Source: Candidatus Binatia bacterium
GTDB lineage: Bacteria > Desulfobacterota > Binatia > UBA9968 > JAJDTQ01
NCBI GenBank assembly: GCA_963666515.2
Contig: OY762897.2
Span: 3,808,001 to 3,872,000, forward strand
Direction of reading: 5' to 3'
Length of the DNA stretch: 64,000 bases
Each line of letters opens with the position of its first letter. The first letter of the stretch is position 1. The notes beneath the pieces were generated by a model. That model worked only from the letters and a program-made list of their open reading frames with translations, had not been told where the DNA came from and did no database searches. The position numbers and the translations under genes are program-made. Below, piece after piece: positions 26,796 through 36,145 of the stretch.

Positions 26796-27015
26796 ACCCT
26801 TGTTCCCGGAAGGCTCCGATGTCGAATGGTGGGTGATCGGGCGGAATCTTGTCCCGCAACGTCCCGAGACGGGAGTAGTCGATGCGTCTGGGTCGCAGAA
26901 GGAAGCCCCCGGTACCTTCTTCCAGTTCGAGTTGATCTCCGGGACCTACGCCGAGTGCATCCAGCACCCTGGCGGGGAATGTAACCTGTCGCTTTGACGT
27001 AATCGTGACGACCAT
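26773..27015 (-). CDS. AbrB/MazE/SpoVT-family antitoxin
   Basis: TITSKRQVTFPARVLDALGVGPGD motif; RBS GGAGG. Confidence 0.85.
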   Translation of the reverse strand: MVVTITSKRQVTFPARVLDALGVGPGDQLELEEGTGGFLLRPRRIDYSRLGTLRDKIPPDHPPFDIGAFREQGYDPSLRD

Positions 27016-27122
27016 TGTCGAGCCCTCCGTCCTCCTTACCAATTACCATGGAAGAGTAAGGTGCTCCGTGCAAGCGCGCCGCCTGCTTGACCGCGCAATA
27101 ACTTGCTGCGCCGAGCCGCGCG

Positions 27123-27446
27123 TTACGCCAGTCTCCCGAACACCGCAATCCAGATGCACGGCGGCGTCCGGCTGGTGTAGTTGACCCGGTGGCGGCGGTG
27201 GGCGGGTATCAGCACGTGGTCTCCGGCGCCGAGCCGCAGCGTCTCCCCGTCCTCGAACTCCAGCACGGCCTCGCCCTGAATCAGCGCGACCCATTCGTCC
27301 CGGTCCTGGTCGTACCACTCGCCGGCGGGCGCCGCGCGGCCGCGGGAGACGATGCGCTCGATCTTCACGCCCCGGTCGGGAATGAGGTCGGTGAACTCTT
27401 CGTCGTCCGGGAGCGGATCGGGCAGGTTGTAGAGGTTAACCTTCAT
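27123..27446 (-). CDS. Cupin-domain protein
   Basis: IERIVSRG, WYDQDRDEWVALIQGEA and IPAHRRHRV motifs. Confidence 0.85.
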   Translation of the reverse strand: MKVNLYNLPDPLPDDEEFTDLIPDRGVKIERIVSRGRAAPAGEWYDQDRDEWVALIQGEAVLEFEDGETLRLGAGDHVLIPAHRRHRVNYTSRTPPCIWIAVFGRLA

Positions 27447-27638
27447 GAAGTCCCTGTAGCGAGGAAGAAACGACTAACCAAGCCAATGCGCTGTCAGCCC
27501 ACGGACAAGGGCAGGTTAGTTTGGTGACTCCAAGTGCAGTGCCGTGATGTCCAGCCAAGGCGGCGAGCTCTCTGCGACCCACCTTGATTCGGGCGTCAGA
27601 ATCGCAACCTCGCGATGTGGATTCTCGGGGCTGGCGTT

Positions 27639-29030
27639 GAGCTACTGTCAAATCTGGTGTATGGCCGAGCTGAATCAGGCGGCTTTTCTACGGGTCTCCC
27701 TTTCATCGACGCCATCGACGAACTTCACCTTGGCGACCAAGTCAGCGAGTTGACCGAACCCCCGGAGCCGGCGCCATCGCTTTTGAGCGCTCATGGCCAG
27801 TTGATGCACCAGGCTCAGGGCGGTGGTGACGCTGAGGCAGTTCCGGGTCTTCACGGTTCGTAGCCGGATGGTGGCGAAGGTGGACTCGATGGGGTTGGTG
27901 GTACGCAGATGCTGCCAGTGAGCTGCGGGGAAGTCATAGAAGGTGAGCAACGTGTCGCGGTCGCGGCTCAGGCAGTCCACCGCCTTGGGGTACTTGGCTT
28001 CGTAGGTGCCACAGAAACGGTCCAGGGCCTGTTCGGCGCTTTTGCGAGTATCGGCCATCCAGATGTCGTGGATCATCGACTTGGCTTCAGGCTGGACGCG
28101 CTTGGGCAGCTTGTCCAGGACATTGGCGGTCTTGTGCACCCAGCAGCGCTGGGTGCGGGTTTCGGGATAGACTTCGGCCAGGGCCGTCCAGAACCCCAGC
28201 GCTCCGTCACCCACCGCCAGCTTCGGCGCCTTCACGCCACGGTCTCTGAGGCTCAACAGAAGGGCTTTCCAACTCTCCAAGGACTCCCGAAACCCAGCGT
28301 CCAGAGCCAGGAAGTGCTTGCGTCCGTGAATGTCGCAGCCCACCACCACCACCAGGATACAACGCCGCTCCTCCTGCCGGATGTTCACGTAGATCCCGTC
28401 CGCCCACACATACACGAACTCGTGCCCGTGCCAGTCCCGCTCCTGCCACTCCGCGTACTGCTCCTCCCACACCCGCTTCATCCGCGTGATCGCTGCCGGC
28501 GACAGCCCCTTCACCTCGCCCCCGAACAACGCCTCCAGCGCTTCCCCAAAGTCGTTCGTCGACACCCCCTTCAGATACAGCCACGGCACCACCGCCTCCA
28601 CCCGCCGAGCCTTCCTCAAGTACGGCGGCAACAACTCCGAGCGAAAACACCGCCCCTTGCCCGCTCGATCCCGCGTCTTCGGCACCTGCACCTTCACAGG
28701 CCCCAACCCCGTCAACACCTCCCGTTCCCGCTGATACCCGTTCCGTACCACCGCTCGCCTCCCCCTCCCATCACGCTCCCCCTCATGCCCTCCCAGAAAG
28801 CTCTCCAACTCCGCCTCCACCGCCGCCCGGATCATCGCTTGTGCTCCCTCTCGCAGCATCTCGCTCAACTCATCCCGAAATTCCGCTGGACTCCCGGCCC
28901 CTTCTCTCCTATCCTTCTCCATGGTGGCGCTTCTCCTTTCCCGCTGAAACGTTGCTCTTCCAAGCCCCATTTCAGCAGAGTCGCGCCGCCTCCTTCAACT
29001 CCCCCCGTACACCACTTTTGAATGTAGCTC
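27639..29030 (-). mobile_element. IS256-family insertion sequence (1392 bp)
   Basis: 26-bp imperfect TIRs GAGCTACTGTCAAATCTGGTGTATGG / GAGCTACATTCAAAAGTGGTGTACGG (21/26); 9-bp TSD GCTGGCGTT at 27630-27638 and 29031-29039. Confidence 0.95.
27675..28922 (-). CDS. IS256-family transposase
   Basis: RNGY, LYLKGVST, YVWADG, GDGALGFW, QRCWVHK and RTTNPIES motifs. Confidence 0.95.
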   Translation of the reverse strand: MEKDRREGAGSPAEFRDELSEMLREGAQAMIRAAVEAELESFLGGHEGERDGRGRRAVVRNGYQREREVLTGLGPVKVQVPKTRDRAGKGRCFRSELLPPYLRKARRVEAVVPWLYLKGVSTNDFGEALEALFGGEVKGLSPAAITRMKRVWEEQYAEWQERDWHGHEFVYVWADGIYVNIRQEERRCILVVVVGCDIHGRKHFLALDAGFRESLESWKALLLSLRDRGVKAPKLAVGDGALGFWTALAEVYPETRTQRCWVHKTANVLDKLPKRVQPEAKSMIHDIWMADTRKSAEQALDRFCGTYEAKYPKAVDCLSRDRDTLLTFYDFPAAHWQHLRTTNPIESTFATIRLRTVKTRNCLSVTTALSLVHQLAMSAQKRWRRLRGFGQLADLVAKVKFVDGVDERETRRKAA

Positions 29031-29516
29031 GCTGGCGTTGTCGTAGATCCGGGTTTCGTCGGACCGCGCGACAGCCGCCGGAAGGTTCTCTAGCGAGCGG
29101 GCAAATCTCCGCCTCACGTCCTCTTCCGGCACATCGTGACCACCCAACGCTACACGGTTGGCGATCCGATCCAGTGATTGGGCGACGGAGTTCACCGAGA
29201 TATAGTGCAGCTCGATTCGGTATCCCGAAAAACGGGCTTGGTCCATGACGCGAAGTATGGTCTTGCCGGCCAACGTGGTTTCCACCACGACGGTTCTGAA
29301 ATCGGCGAATGCGGCGCGGCGTCTCCACACAGCCTTGCGCCGGGCCTCCACGGCGCGTTCGGGATCAACGAGACTGGCGCGGCGAGCTAGGGCATCAGGG
29401 TCGATTGACTCCACCCCGCCGAATCGCCTGGAACGTGTTAGCGTGGATTTCCCTGATCCGTTGGGGCCGGCCACGATATAGAGGATCGGCGTGGCCGAAG
29501 GCATAGACGGGCTGGA

Positions 29517-29714
29517 TCAGGCGCTCTTGCTTTCGCCCGGCGTGACGATCTCGTCACCATCCTTGGTCCGGGCAACATAGGCGCCGTCCTGGCGATAACC
29601 GTAGAGTGTACCACCGGCCTCGACTTGAGCAGCGAGATCGGCCTTGATTCGATCACGCCATGCAGCCTGCTGAACGGGTTTCCCTGAAGGCTCCGTTTCT
29701 TCCCCCTTCACCAT
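29517..29714 (-). CDS. Small hypothetical protein, probable partner/antitoxin of the zeta-like ATPase
   Basis: 65 aa, 12 nt upstream of the ATPase on the same strand. Confidence 0.55.
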   Translation of the reverse strand: MVKGEETEPSGKPVQQAAWRDRIKADLAAQVEAGGTLYGYRQDGAYVARTKDGDEIVTPGESKSA

Positions 29715-29811
29715 AGCTTAGACTTTAGGTACGGGAGGCGCGAATTGCAAGGCATGCAAACCAATCGCCACGAAACGCTTGTTCATGCAACGGTTTTGAT
29801 CTTTACCTTGC

Positions 29812-30879
29812 CTAGCCTGCATGCTCCGGCGGGCGAAATACCGCAAACACCTTGTCGGAGTTGGAGATCCACGACTCCAGGAAGACGATGTCGTCGGGCT
29901 TGCGGCCGATCTCGGACATGGCGCCGGCCAAGGCGAACCAGTTGAGCAGCTCGTGGTGGCCGCGATCCTCGGCCTCGGGCAGGCTGGTGCCGCGCCAGGT
30001 TTCCCAGTCGCCGTCCCGCAGCGCCTGGAAATAGCGCTTGTCCGATTCCACGTCCGGGTACATGAACGAGTGTTTGGCGGTAAGGAAGGAGTGGGACCAG
30101 CTCGACGACGCGATGAGGGCCACCCTCCAGGGACTGTCGGCAAAGGCGCGGGCGGTGGCGGCGCCGATGTCGAAGCAGCGCCAGGGCTGGGGTCCCGGCG
30201 GGTCGAACTGGTCTTCGATGTCGCGTGCGGCCGAAGGCGTCAGCGGGACGCCCCGGCTGCCCACCAGCTTGCGGCCGTAGCTGTTCACGGTGAAGGGCAC
30301 CAGCGGGTAGGGAAAACCCCGCCTGTCCCAGTCGAGATAGAGGATGGAGTTCACGAAGGCGTGCCCCAGCCCGCGGTGGAGCGGCTTGTAGGAGTAGGCC
30401 ACGTCGAAACCGTTGTCCAGCAGGCTCGACGCCAGGTGCTTGCCCGCCTCCTGGTGCCCCGCGATGGTGAAGACCTTGTCGTCGGGCTCGTCCCACACGT
30501 TGGCGCCCCGGCGGGTGTGGGTCCACGGCTGCGCCTCCACCGATTCGTAGGCGAGGATGGAGAAGGCCGGCACGCAGTCTTCCTTGTAGTTCTCGTACTG
30601 GTCGTCGCCCCACAGCACGCACAGGTCGGGCTGGAACTCGTCCAGGGCGCGGCGGGCGATGCGGAAGCGGTCGATCAGGTCCTGCCGGTGCGCTTCCGAA
30701 TGGCTCTGGCCGTCGTCCGTGCCCCACTGCTCGCGCATGGGCGCCGGCCAGTTCTCCATGTTCCGCAGCCGTTCCGGCAGTGCGGGGTCCTCCAGGCACA
30801 TCTTGATGCGCCGGGTCATGTTCCCCTGGAACCCGAGTCCGGGATAGTGCGTGATGCCCAGGCCGAGTATCTCTCCCAT
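29812..30879 (-). CDS. LigB-like (class III) extradiol ring-cleavage dioxygenase family protein
   Basis: GITHYP, WGDDQYEN, GLGHAF, ALIASSSWSH and HELLNW motifs. Confidence 0.75.
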   Translation of the reverse strand: MGEILGLGITHYPGLGFQGNMTRRIKMCLEDPALPERLRNMENWPAPMREQWGTDDGQSHSEAHRQDLIDRFRIARRALDEFQPDLCVLWGDDQYENYKEDCVPAFSILAYESVEAQPWTHTRRGANVWDEPDDKVFTIAGHQEAGKHLASSLLDNGFDVAYSYKPLHRGLGHAFVNSILYLDWDRRGFPYPLVPFTVNSYGRKLVGSRGVPLTPSAARDIEDQFDPPGPQPWRCFDIGAATARAFADSPWRVALIASSSWSHSFLTAKHSFMYPDVESDKRYFQALRDGDWETWRGTSLPEAEDRGHHELLNWFALAGAMSEIGRKPDDIVFLESWISNSDKVFAVFRPPEHAG

Positions 30880-30901
30880 GTCCGTCGTCCTTCCCCGTCG
30901 C

Positions 30902-31621
30902 TTACGGCATCGTCTCCAGCAGGCGCCCAAAGCCCTCCACCGGCTCGCGAATCCTGAGGCGCTTCTGGGTCGCCCACACCTCGGCGTTGAGATTGGTCAC
31001 CACCGGCACTCCGAGGTCCGCCTCCAGGTCCTCGACGGCGGGCAGGCAGTCCCAGCCCGCGCCCAGCAGGTAGACGCACTCGCCGCCGTTCTCGACGAAG
31101 GCCTTCTTGGCCTCGCGGTAGATCACCTCGACCGGGATTTCGCCGACCTCCGCGAAGTCCACGCCCCGGATCTCCCCGATGCCCGTCACCGTGAATCCGG
31201 CCTGCTCGAAGAAAGCGGCGAACCTGGCGTTCATGGCGCCCTGGATGTAGGAGAGCGCCGCCATGGTGCGCACCCCCAGCGCGCGAAACGCCTCCACCTG
31301 CGCGGTGGTGGCGGTGAGCACCGGCACCCCGTACTGCCGGGTGAGCCGCTCGGTCAGTTCGCCGTCGAAGCGGTAGCCCCGGAGCATGATGGGCGGCACC
31401 CCCTGAATCACCACCAGGTCCACCCCGAACTCGGCAAGCTCCGCCACCCTGGACTCAGCCACGGCGATGGCCTCGTCGAATTCGGCCTCCGTCCCCGCGC
31501 GGACGCCGACGTAGCGCGGCACCACGCATACCCCGTCCGGCAGGAGCCGCGTGAAGGTCTCCAGCGAGCCGGGCCGGAACGTCGGCTTCACCACCCCTAC
31601 GGTGCCGCGCCAGCAGTACAT
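30902..31621 (-). CDS. Maleate isomerase / arylmalonate decarboxylase / Asp-Glu racemase fold protein
   Basis: GVVKPT, EAFRALGVR, FFEQAGFTV, LEADLGVPVVTN and GFGRLL motifs. Confidence 0.78.
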   Translation of the reverse strand: MYCWRGTVGVVKPTFRPGSLETFTRLLPDGVCVVPRYVGVRAGTEAEFDEAIAVAESRVAELAEFGVDLVVIQGVPPIMLRGYRFDGELTERLTRQYGVPVLTATTAQVEAFRALGVRTMAALSYIQGAMNARFAAFFEQAGFTVTGIGEIRGVDFAEVGEIPVEVIYREAKKAFVENGGECVYLLGAGWDCLPAVEDLEADLGVPVVTNLNAEVWATQKRLRIREPVEGFGRLLETMP

Positions 31622-32445
31622 CACACCGCGATCGTCTGCCCCCCGTCCACCACCAGGGCATGGCCGGTGACGAAGGAGGCTTCGTCCGACACCAGGAACA
31701 GCACGCCGTAGGCCATCTCCTCGGGCCGCGCCATGCGCAGCAGCGCCTTGTTGCTGTCGGCCATGCGCTTGCGCTGCTCCGGGGTGGCGGCCTGGAGCGA
31801 CGGGACCGGCGGATGCCCGCGGAAGCGCGGCGTCTCGGTGGCGCCGGGACAGATGCAGTTCACGCGGACGCCCTTGGGGCCGTAGTCCAGCGCCATCTGC
31901 CGGGTCAGGCTGATGACCGCGGCCTTGGTGGCGCAGTAGGCCGGGTAGTTCGCCGACGCCACCAGCCCGAAGGTGGAGGCGGTGCTGACGATGCTGCCGC
32001 TGCCCTTCTCGAGCATGTGGGGGACCACCGCCCGGACGCTCCTCTGGATGGCGTTCAGGTTCAGGTCCATGATGAAGTTCCACTCCTCGTCGGTGTGTTC
32101 ATGGGCCTGCTTGCGAATCCCGCCGCCGGCGTTGTTGTAGAGGATGTCCGCGCCGCCGTACCGGTCCATGGCCGTCTTCATCATCTCCTCCGGGCCGCCG
32201 TCCGCGGTCACGTTCACGTTCAGGAAGGTGGCCTCGCCGCCTTCGTCGATGATGAGCTGGTCCACCCGCGGCGTCAGGGTCTCCTGGATGTCGCAGCACA
32301 CGACGTTGGCCCCCTCGCGCGCGAACAGCCGGGCGGTGGCCCGCCCGATGCCGCTGTTGGCGCCGGTGATGATGGCCACCCGGCCCCGCAGCCGCCCCAG
32401 TCCCTCTCTCAGCATGGGATGCTCGTCGTTGTTGGCGTTCGCCAT
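31621..32445 (-). CDS. SDR-family oxidoreductase
   Basis: TGANSGIG, NNAG, YCATK and VRVNCICPG motifs. Confidence 0.92.
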   Translation of the reverse strand: MANANNDEHPMLREGLGRLRGRVAIITGANSGIGRATARLFAREGANVVCCDIQETLTPRVDQLIIDEGGEATFLNVNVTADGGPEEMMKTAMDRYGGADILYNNAGGGIRKQAHEHTDEEWNFIMDLNLNAIQRSVRAVVPHMLEKGSGSIVSTASTFGLVASANYPAYCATKAAVISLTRQMALDYGPKGVRVNCICPGATETPRFRGHPPVPSLQAATPEQRKRMADSNKALLRMARPEEMAYGVLFLVSDEASFVTGHALVVDGGQTIAV

Positions 32446-32543
32446 CAGCTTGCCTCCTTGAATGGTACGCCTTTCGGCTCACTCTCCCTTATCCGATTGC
32501 CGGTGGATTGCCAAGCACGCCTTGGGTTCGACGTTCCGCATCC

Positions 32544-32569
32544 GTCATTCCGGCGAAAGCCGGAATCCA
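32544..32569. repeat. REP-like palindrome family B (single arm)
   Basis: GTCATTCCGGCGAAAGCCGGAATCCA. Confidence 0.8.
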
Positions 32570-32647
32570 GGGGTGGCTGGGGGTGGCCCGGCTCGTTTAA
32601 CCTTCCCGGTCCAATCCGCTACAGTGTCATCATCAAGGAGGATCGAC

Positions 32648-33529
32648 ATGAACCGGGCAGACGAAAAATACGTGGACGTGGACGGCATCCGCACCCGCTA
32701 CTTCGAGAAGGGGAGCGGCGAGACGGTGGTGCTGTTCCACGGCGGCAACTTCGGCTCCAACGAGGCGGCCGACGGCAGCCCCGACTGGGGACTCAACTTC
32801 GACGCGCTGGCGCAGTGGTTCCACGTCGTCGCCGTGGACAAGCTCGGCCAGGGAATGACCGACAACCCCAAGAGCGACGACGACTACACCATGGCCGCGG
32901 TGGTGCGGCACGCGCTGGCCACGCTGGAGACCCTGAAGCTCGGCAACGTCCATCTGGTGGGGCATTCCCGCGGCGCCTACCTGGTGGCGCGCATGACCCT
33001 GGAGCGGGCGGACCTCGTCAAGTCCGTGATCCCGGTGGACACCAACACCCTGGCCCCCGGAGTCGGGCGCAACGACATCGTGCACGCCAACGCGCCGCAG
33101 CCGCGCCTGGGCCGCGAGAGCCAGCGCTGGGTGCTGGAGCGCTATTCCTACGGCCACGACCACATCACCGACGACTGGCTCGACGCCTGCGTGGAAATCG
33201 CCCAACAGCCCAAGTACCGGGAGGCGGTGGAGAAGATGGAGACCCAGGGGCTCAAGACCAACGTCTTCCTGGCCAAGCACGCGCGGCAGAAGGAGGAGAC
33301 CCTGGGGTGGATCCGCGACCGCGGCTTCCAGCGGCCCACGCTGCTCGTGTGGGGCTACAACGACCCCACCGCCACCCTCGACCAGGGCATGCGTCTGATG
33401 GAGCTCATGGCCGGAAGCGAGCGCCGCACCCAGATGCACATCATCAACGAGGCCGGCCACTTCTCCTACCGCGAGCACCCCGCGGAGTTCAACGAGGTGC
33501 TGCGCGCCTTCATCGCCGCGCAGCAATAG
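32648..33529 (+). CDS. Alpha/beta hydrolase (meta-cleavage product hydrolase-like)
   Basis: VLFHGG, GHSRG nucleophile, VWGYND and AGHF motifs; RBS AAGGAG. Confidence 0.85.
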   Translation: MNRADEKYVDVDGIRTRYFEKGSGETVVLFHGGNFGSNEAADGSPDWGLNFDALAQWFHVVAVDKLGQGMTDNPKSDDDYTMAAVVRHALATLETLKLGNVHLVGHSRGAYLVARMTLERADLVKSVIPVDTNTLAPGVGRNDIVHANAPQPRLGRESQRWVLERYSYGHDHITDDWLDACVEIAQQPKYREAVEKMETQGLKTNVFLAKHARQKEETLGWIRDRGFQRPTLLVWGYNDPTATLDQGMRLMELMAGSERRTQMHIINEAGHFSYREHPAEFNEVLRAFIAAQQ

Positions 33530-33628
33530 GGGTGAAAGAAGCGAGGCGTCGCGCCTCCGGCTTGAAACAAGCCCGTTCCATGGACCATAAAGGACGGGAA
33601 CAGATCACAATCCTTGGAGGAAAACCAC

Positions 33629-33967
33629 ATGGGCAAATACATGTTCCACACTTCGTACACCGGCAAGGGGCTGGTGGGCCTGCTCAAGGAGGGCGGCAGC
33701 CGGCGGCGGGCCGCGCTGACCCAGACCATCGAGGCCATGGGCGGCAGCGTGGAGGCGCTCTACTATGCCTTCGGCGACACGGACCTCTACATCATTGCCG
33801 ACCTTCCCGACGACGCCACCGCGACCGCGGTGTCGCTCAACATCGCCAACGCCGGCGCCCTCAACATCAAGGCCACCGTGCTGATCCCGCCGGAGACGGT
33901 GGACGAGGCGGTCAAGAAGAAGGTGCCCTACCGGCCGCCGGGCGCCCGCGCCGCGCGCGGCAAGTAG
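33629..33967 (+). CDS. GYD-domain protein
   Basis: GGSVEALYYAFGDTD motif; RBS GGAGG. Confidence 0.8.
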   Translation: MGKYMFHTSYTGKGLVGLLKEGGSRRRAALTQTIEAMGGSVEALYYAFGDTDLYIIADLPDDATATAVSLNIANAGALNIKATVLIPPETVDEAVKKKVPYRPPGARAARGK

Positions 33968-34076
33968 GGTCGAGGCCGGGGCGCCGGGCTCCGACGAGCG
34001 TGCGCCGGCGTCCTGTCCTGTGCGTGCGCATGCCACGGTGCGCGCGAGTGATTGCCATCGGCGAGGCGTGGCCGCC

Positions 34077-34101
34077 GTAGGGGCGGGTTTCAACCCCGCC
34101 C
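34077..34101. repeat. GTAG-type REP
   Basis: GTAG-GGGCGGGTTTCAACCCCGCCC hairpin. Confidence 0.65.
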
Positions 34102-34127
34102 GTCTCGAATCGTCCGCTCCACCCGGC

Positions 34128-36038
34128 ATGTCCCTCGTAAGCTTCGAAGACGTCTCGCTCGAACTGGGCGACCAGCGGCTGCTGGCGCACGCCGATTTCG
34201 CCATCGAGCCGGGGGAACGGGTGTGCCTGATCGGCCGCAACGGCGCCGGCAAGACCTCCATGCTGCGGCTCATCACCGGCCGCCTGGAGCCCGACCGCGG
34301 CGAGGTCCACACCCAGAGCCGCATCCGCGTGAGCGAGCTGGAGCAGGCGCTGCCCGAGGAACTCGGGCAGACGGTGCGGGAGTACGTCACCACCGGCCTC
34401 GCCGACCTCCAGGCCCTCATCGACCTCTACCAGCAACGCTCCACGGAGGCCCTGGACCGCAAGGGCCTGCTGGAGCTGGAGGCGCTGCACCGGGAGATCG
34501 ACGCCCACGGCGGCTGGCACGTGGACCAGCGGGTGGAGACGGTGCTGAGCGAGCTGGACCTGCCGGCCGGCCGCCGTCTGGAGGAGCTGTCCGGCGGCTG
34601 GCAGCGCCGCGTCGGCCTCGCCCGCACCATCGTCGGCAACGCCGAGCTGCTGCTCCTCGACGAGCCCACCAACCACCTCGACCTGAGCACCATCCAGTGG
34701 CTGGAGGACCGGGTCTACAACTATACCGGCGCCGTTCTGTTCATCACCCACGACCGCGCCTTCCTGCGGCGGCTCGCCACCCGCATCGTCGAGCTGGACC
34801 GCACCCGGCTCACGAGCTGGCCCGGCAGCTACGACAACTACCTCCGGCTCAAGGAGGAAAGCCTGGCGGAGGACGCCCGCCGCGACGCCCTGTTCGACAA
34901 GCGCCTGGCGCAGGAAGAGGCGTGGATACGGCAGGGCATCAAGGCGCGCCGCACCCGCAACGAGGGCCGCGTGCGCGCGCTCATGGCCATGCGGGAGGAG
35001 GCGGCGCAGCGCCTCAAGCCTCAGAGCCAGGCGCGCATCCACGTGCAGCACGGCGGCCAATCGGGCCGCAAGGTGGTGGAGCTTCGCAACGTCACCCACG
35101 GCTACGGCGGCGAGCCGCTGATCCGGAACCTCACGCTACGCATCATGCGCGGCGACCGCATCGGCCTCATCGGCAACAACGGCGTCGGCAAGAGCACGCT
35201 GCTGCGCATCCTGGTGGGCGAGATCAAGCCCGACTCCGGCGCCGTCGAGATGGGCGCCAACCTGGAGATCGGCTACTTCGACCAGCTTCGGCGCGAGCTG
35301 GACCCGGAGAAGACCGTGGCCGAGACCGTGGCGGACGGCCGCGACCACGTCTTCGTCAACGGCAAGCCGCGCCACGTGGTCGGCTACCTCAAGGGCTTTC
35401 TCTTCAGCCCCAAGCGCGCCCTGACTCCAGTGGCCGCGCTGTCCGGCGGCGAGTGCAACCGCGTCATCCTCGCCCGGCTGCTGACCCAACCGGCCAACCT
35501 GCTGGTGCTGGACGAGCCCACCAACGACCTCGACATCGAGACCCTGGAGGTGCTGGAGGAGCAGCTCGTGCGCTACCGCGGCACCTTGCTGGTGGTGAGC
35601 CACGACCGCAGCTTCCTCGACAACTGCGTCACCAGCACCCTGGTGTTCGAGGACACCGGCCTGATCCAGCGCCACGCCGGCGGCTACAGCGACTGGCTCC
35701 GCCGCGGCAACGCCCTCGCCGTCACCGACGACCCCAACCGCAAGGGAGTGCAGATGCCGGCCGCGGACCGGCGGGAATCACGTTCGCGCCCCAACAAGCT
35801 CAGCTACAAGTTGCAACGAGAACTGGACGAGTTGCCCGACCGCATCCAGGCCATGGAACAGGCCGTGGCCGCGCTGGAGGAACAGACCCAGCAACCCGAC
35901 TTCTACGCCCAGCCCTTCGCCGCCGTCCACCCCGTCCTCGACGAGCTCAAGGCCGCCAAGGCGACCCTCGACCAGGTGTTGGACCGCTGGACCGAGTTGG
36001 AAACCCTGAAAGAACAAACGGAACGGCGCTCGCCGTGA
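34128..36038 (+). CDS. uup: ABC-F family ATPase Uup
   Basis: Two ABC domains; EEAWIRQGIKARRTRNEGRVRAL linker; KLSYKLQREL C-terminal domain. Confidence 0.92.
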   Translation: MSLVSFEDVSLELGDQRLLAHADFAIEPGERVCLIGRNGAGKTSMLRLITGRLEPDRGEVHTQSRIRVSELEQALPEELGQTVREYVTTGLADLQALIDLYQQRSTEALDRKGLLELEALHREIDAHGGWHVDQRVETVLSELDLPAGRRLEELSGGWQRRVGLARTIVGNAELLLLDEPTNHLDLSTIQWLEDRVYNYTGAVLFITHDRAFLRRLATRIVELDRTRLTSWPGSYDNYLRLKEESLAEDARRDALFDKRLAQEEAWIRQGIKARRTRNEGRVRALMAMREEAAQRLKPQSQARIHVQHGGQSGRKVVELRNVTHGYGGEPLIRNLTLRIMRGDRIGLIGNNGVGKSTLLRILVGEIKPDSGAVEMGANLEIGYFDQLRRELDPEKTVAETVADGRDHVFVNGKPRHVVGYLKGFLFSPKRALTPVAALSGGECNRVILARLLTQPANLLVLDEPTNDLDIETLEVLEEQLVRYRGTLLVVSHDRSFLDNCVTSTLVFEDTGLIQRHAGGYSDWLRRGNALAVTDDPNRKGVQMPAADRRESRSRPNKLSYKLQRELDELPDRIQAMEQAVAALEEQTQQPDFYAQPFAAVHPVLDELKAAKATLDQVLDRWTELETLKEQTERRSP

Positions 36039-36044
36039 GAACGG

Positions 36045-36116
36045 GTCATGCCGGGCGCCCCCCTCAGGTCTGGATTCCCGCTCGCGCCGGAACGACGGAG
36101 GAAGGGAGGGAATGAC
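36045..36116. repeat. Degenerate REP-like palindrome family B
   Basis: TGGATTCCCGCTCGCGCCGGAACGAC and GGGAATGAC between convergent genes. Confidence 0.55.
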
Positions 36117-36145
36117 GAAAGGGGGCGTCGGTCCCGCGTCAGGAA

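Larger units (their letters stand above)
27516..29504 (-). pseudogene. Zeta-toxin-like / AAA_33 P-loop ATPase interrupted by IS256
   Basis: IVAGPNGSGKST, ETTLAG, RVALGGHDVP, RRRFARS, IYDNAS at 29504-29031; frame resumes after the element (PENPHREVA...PPWL...PN*, stop 27516); 195 aa when rejoined. Confidence 0.85.
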
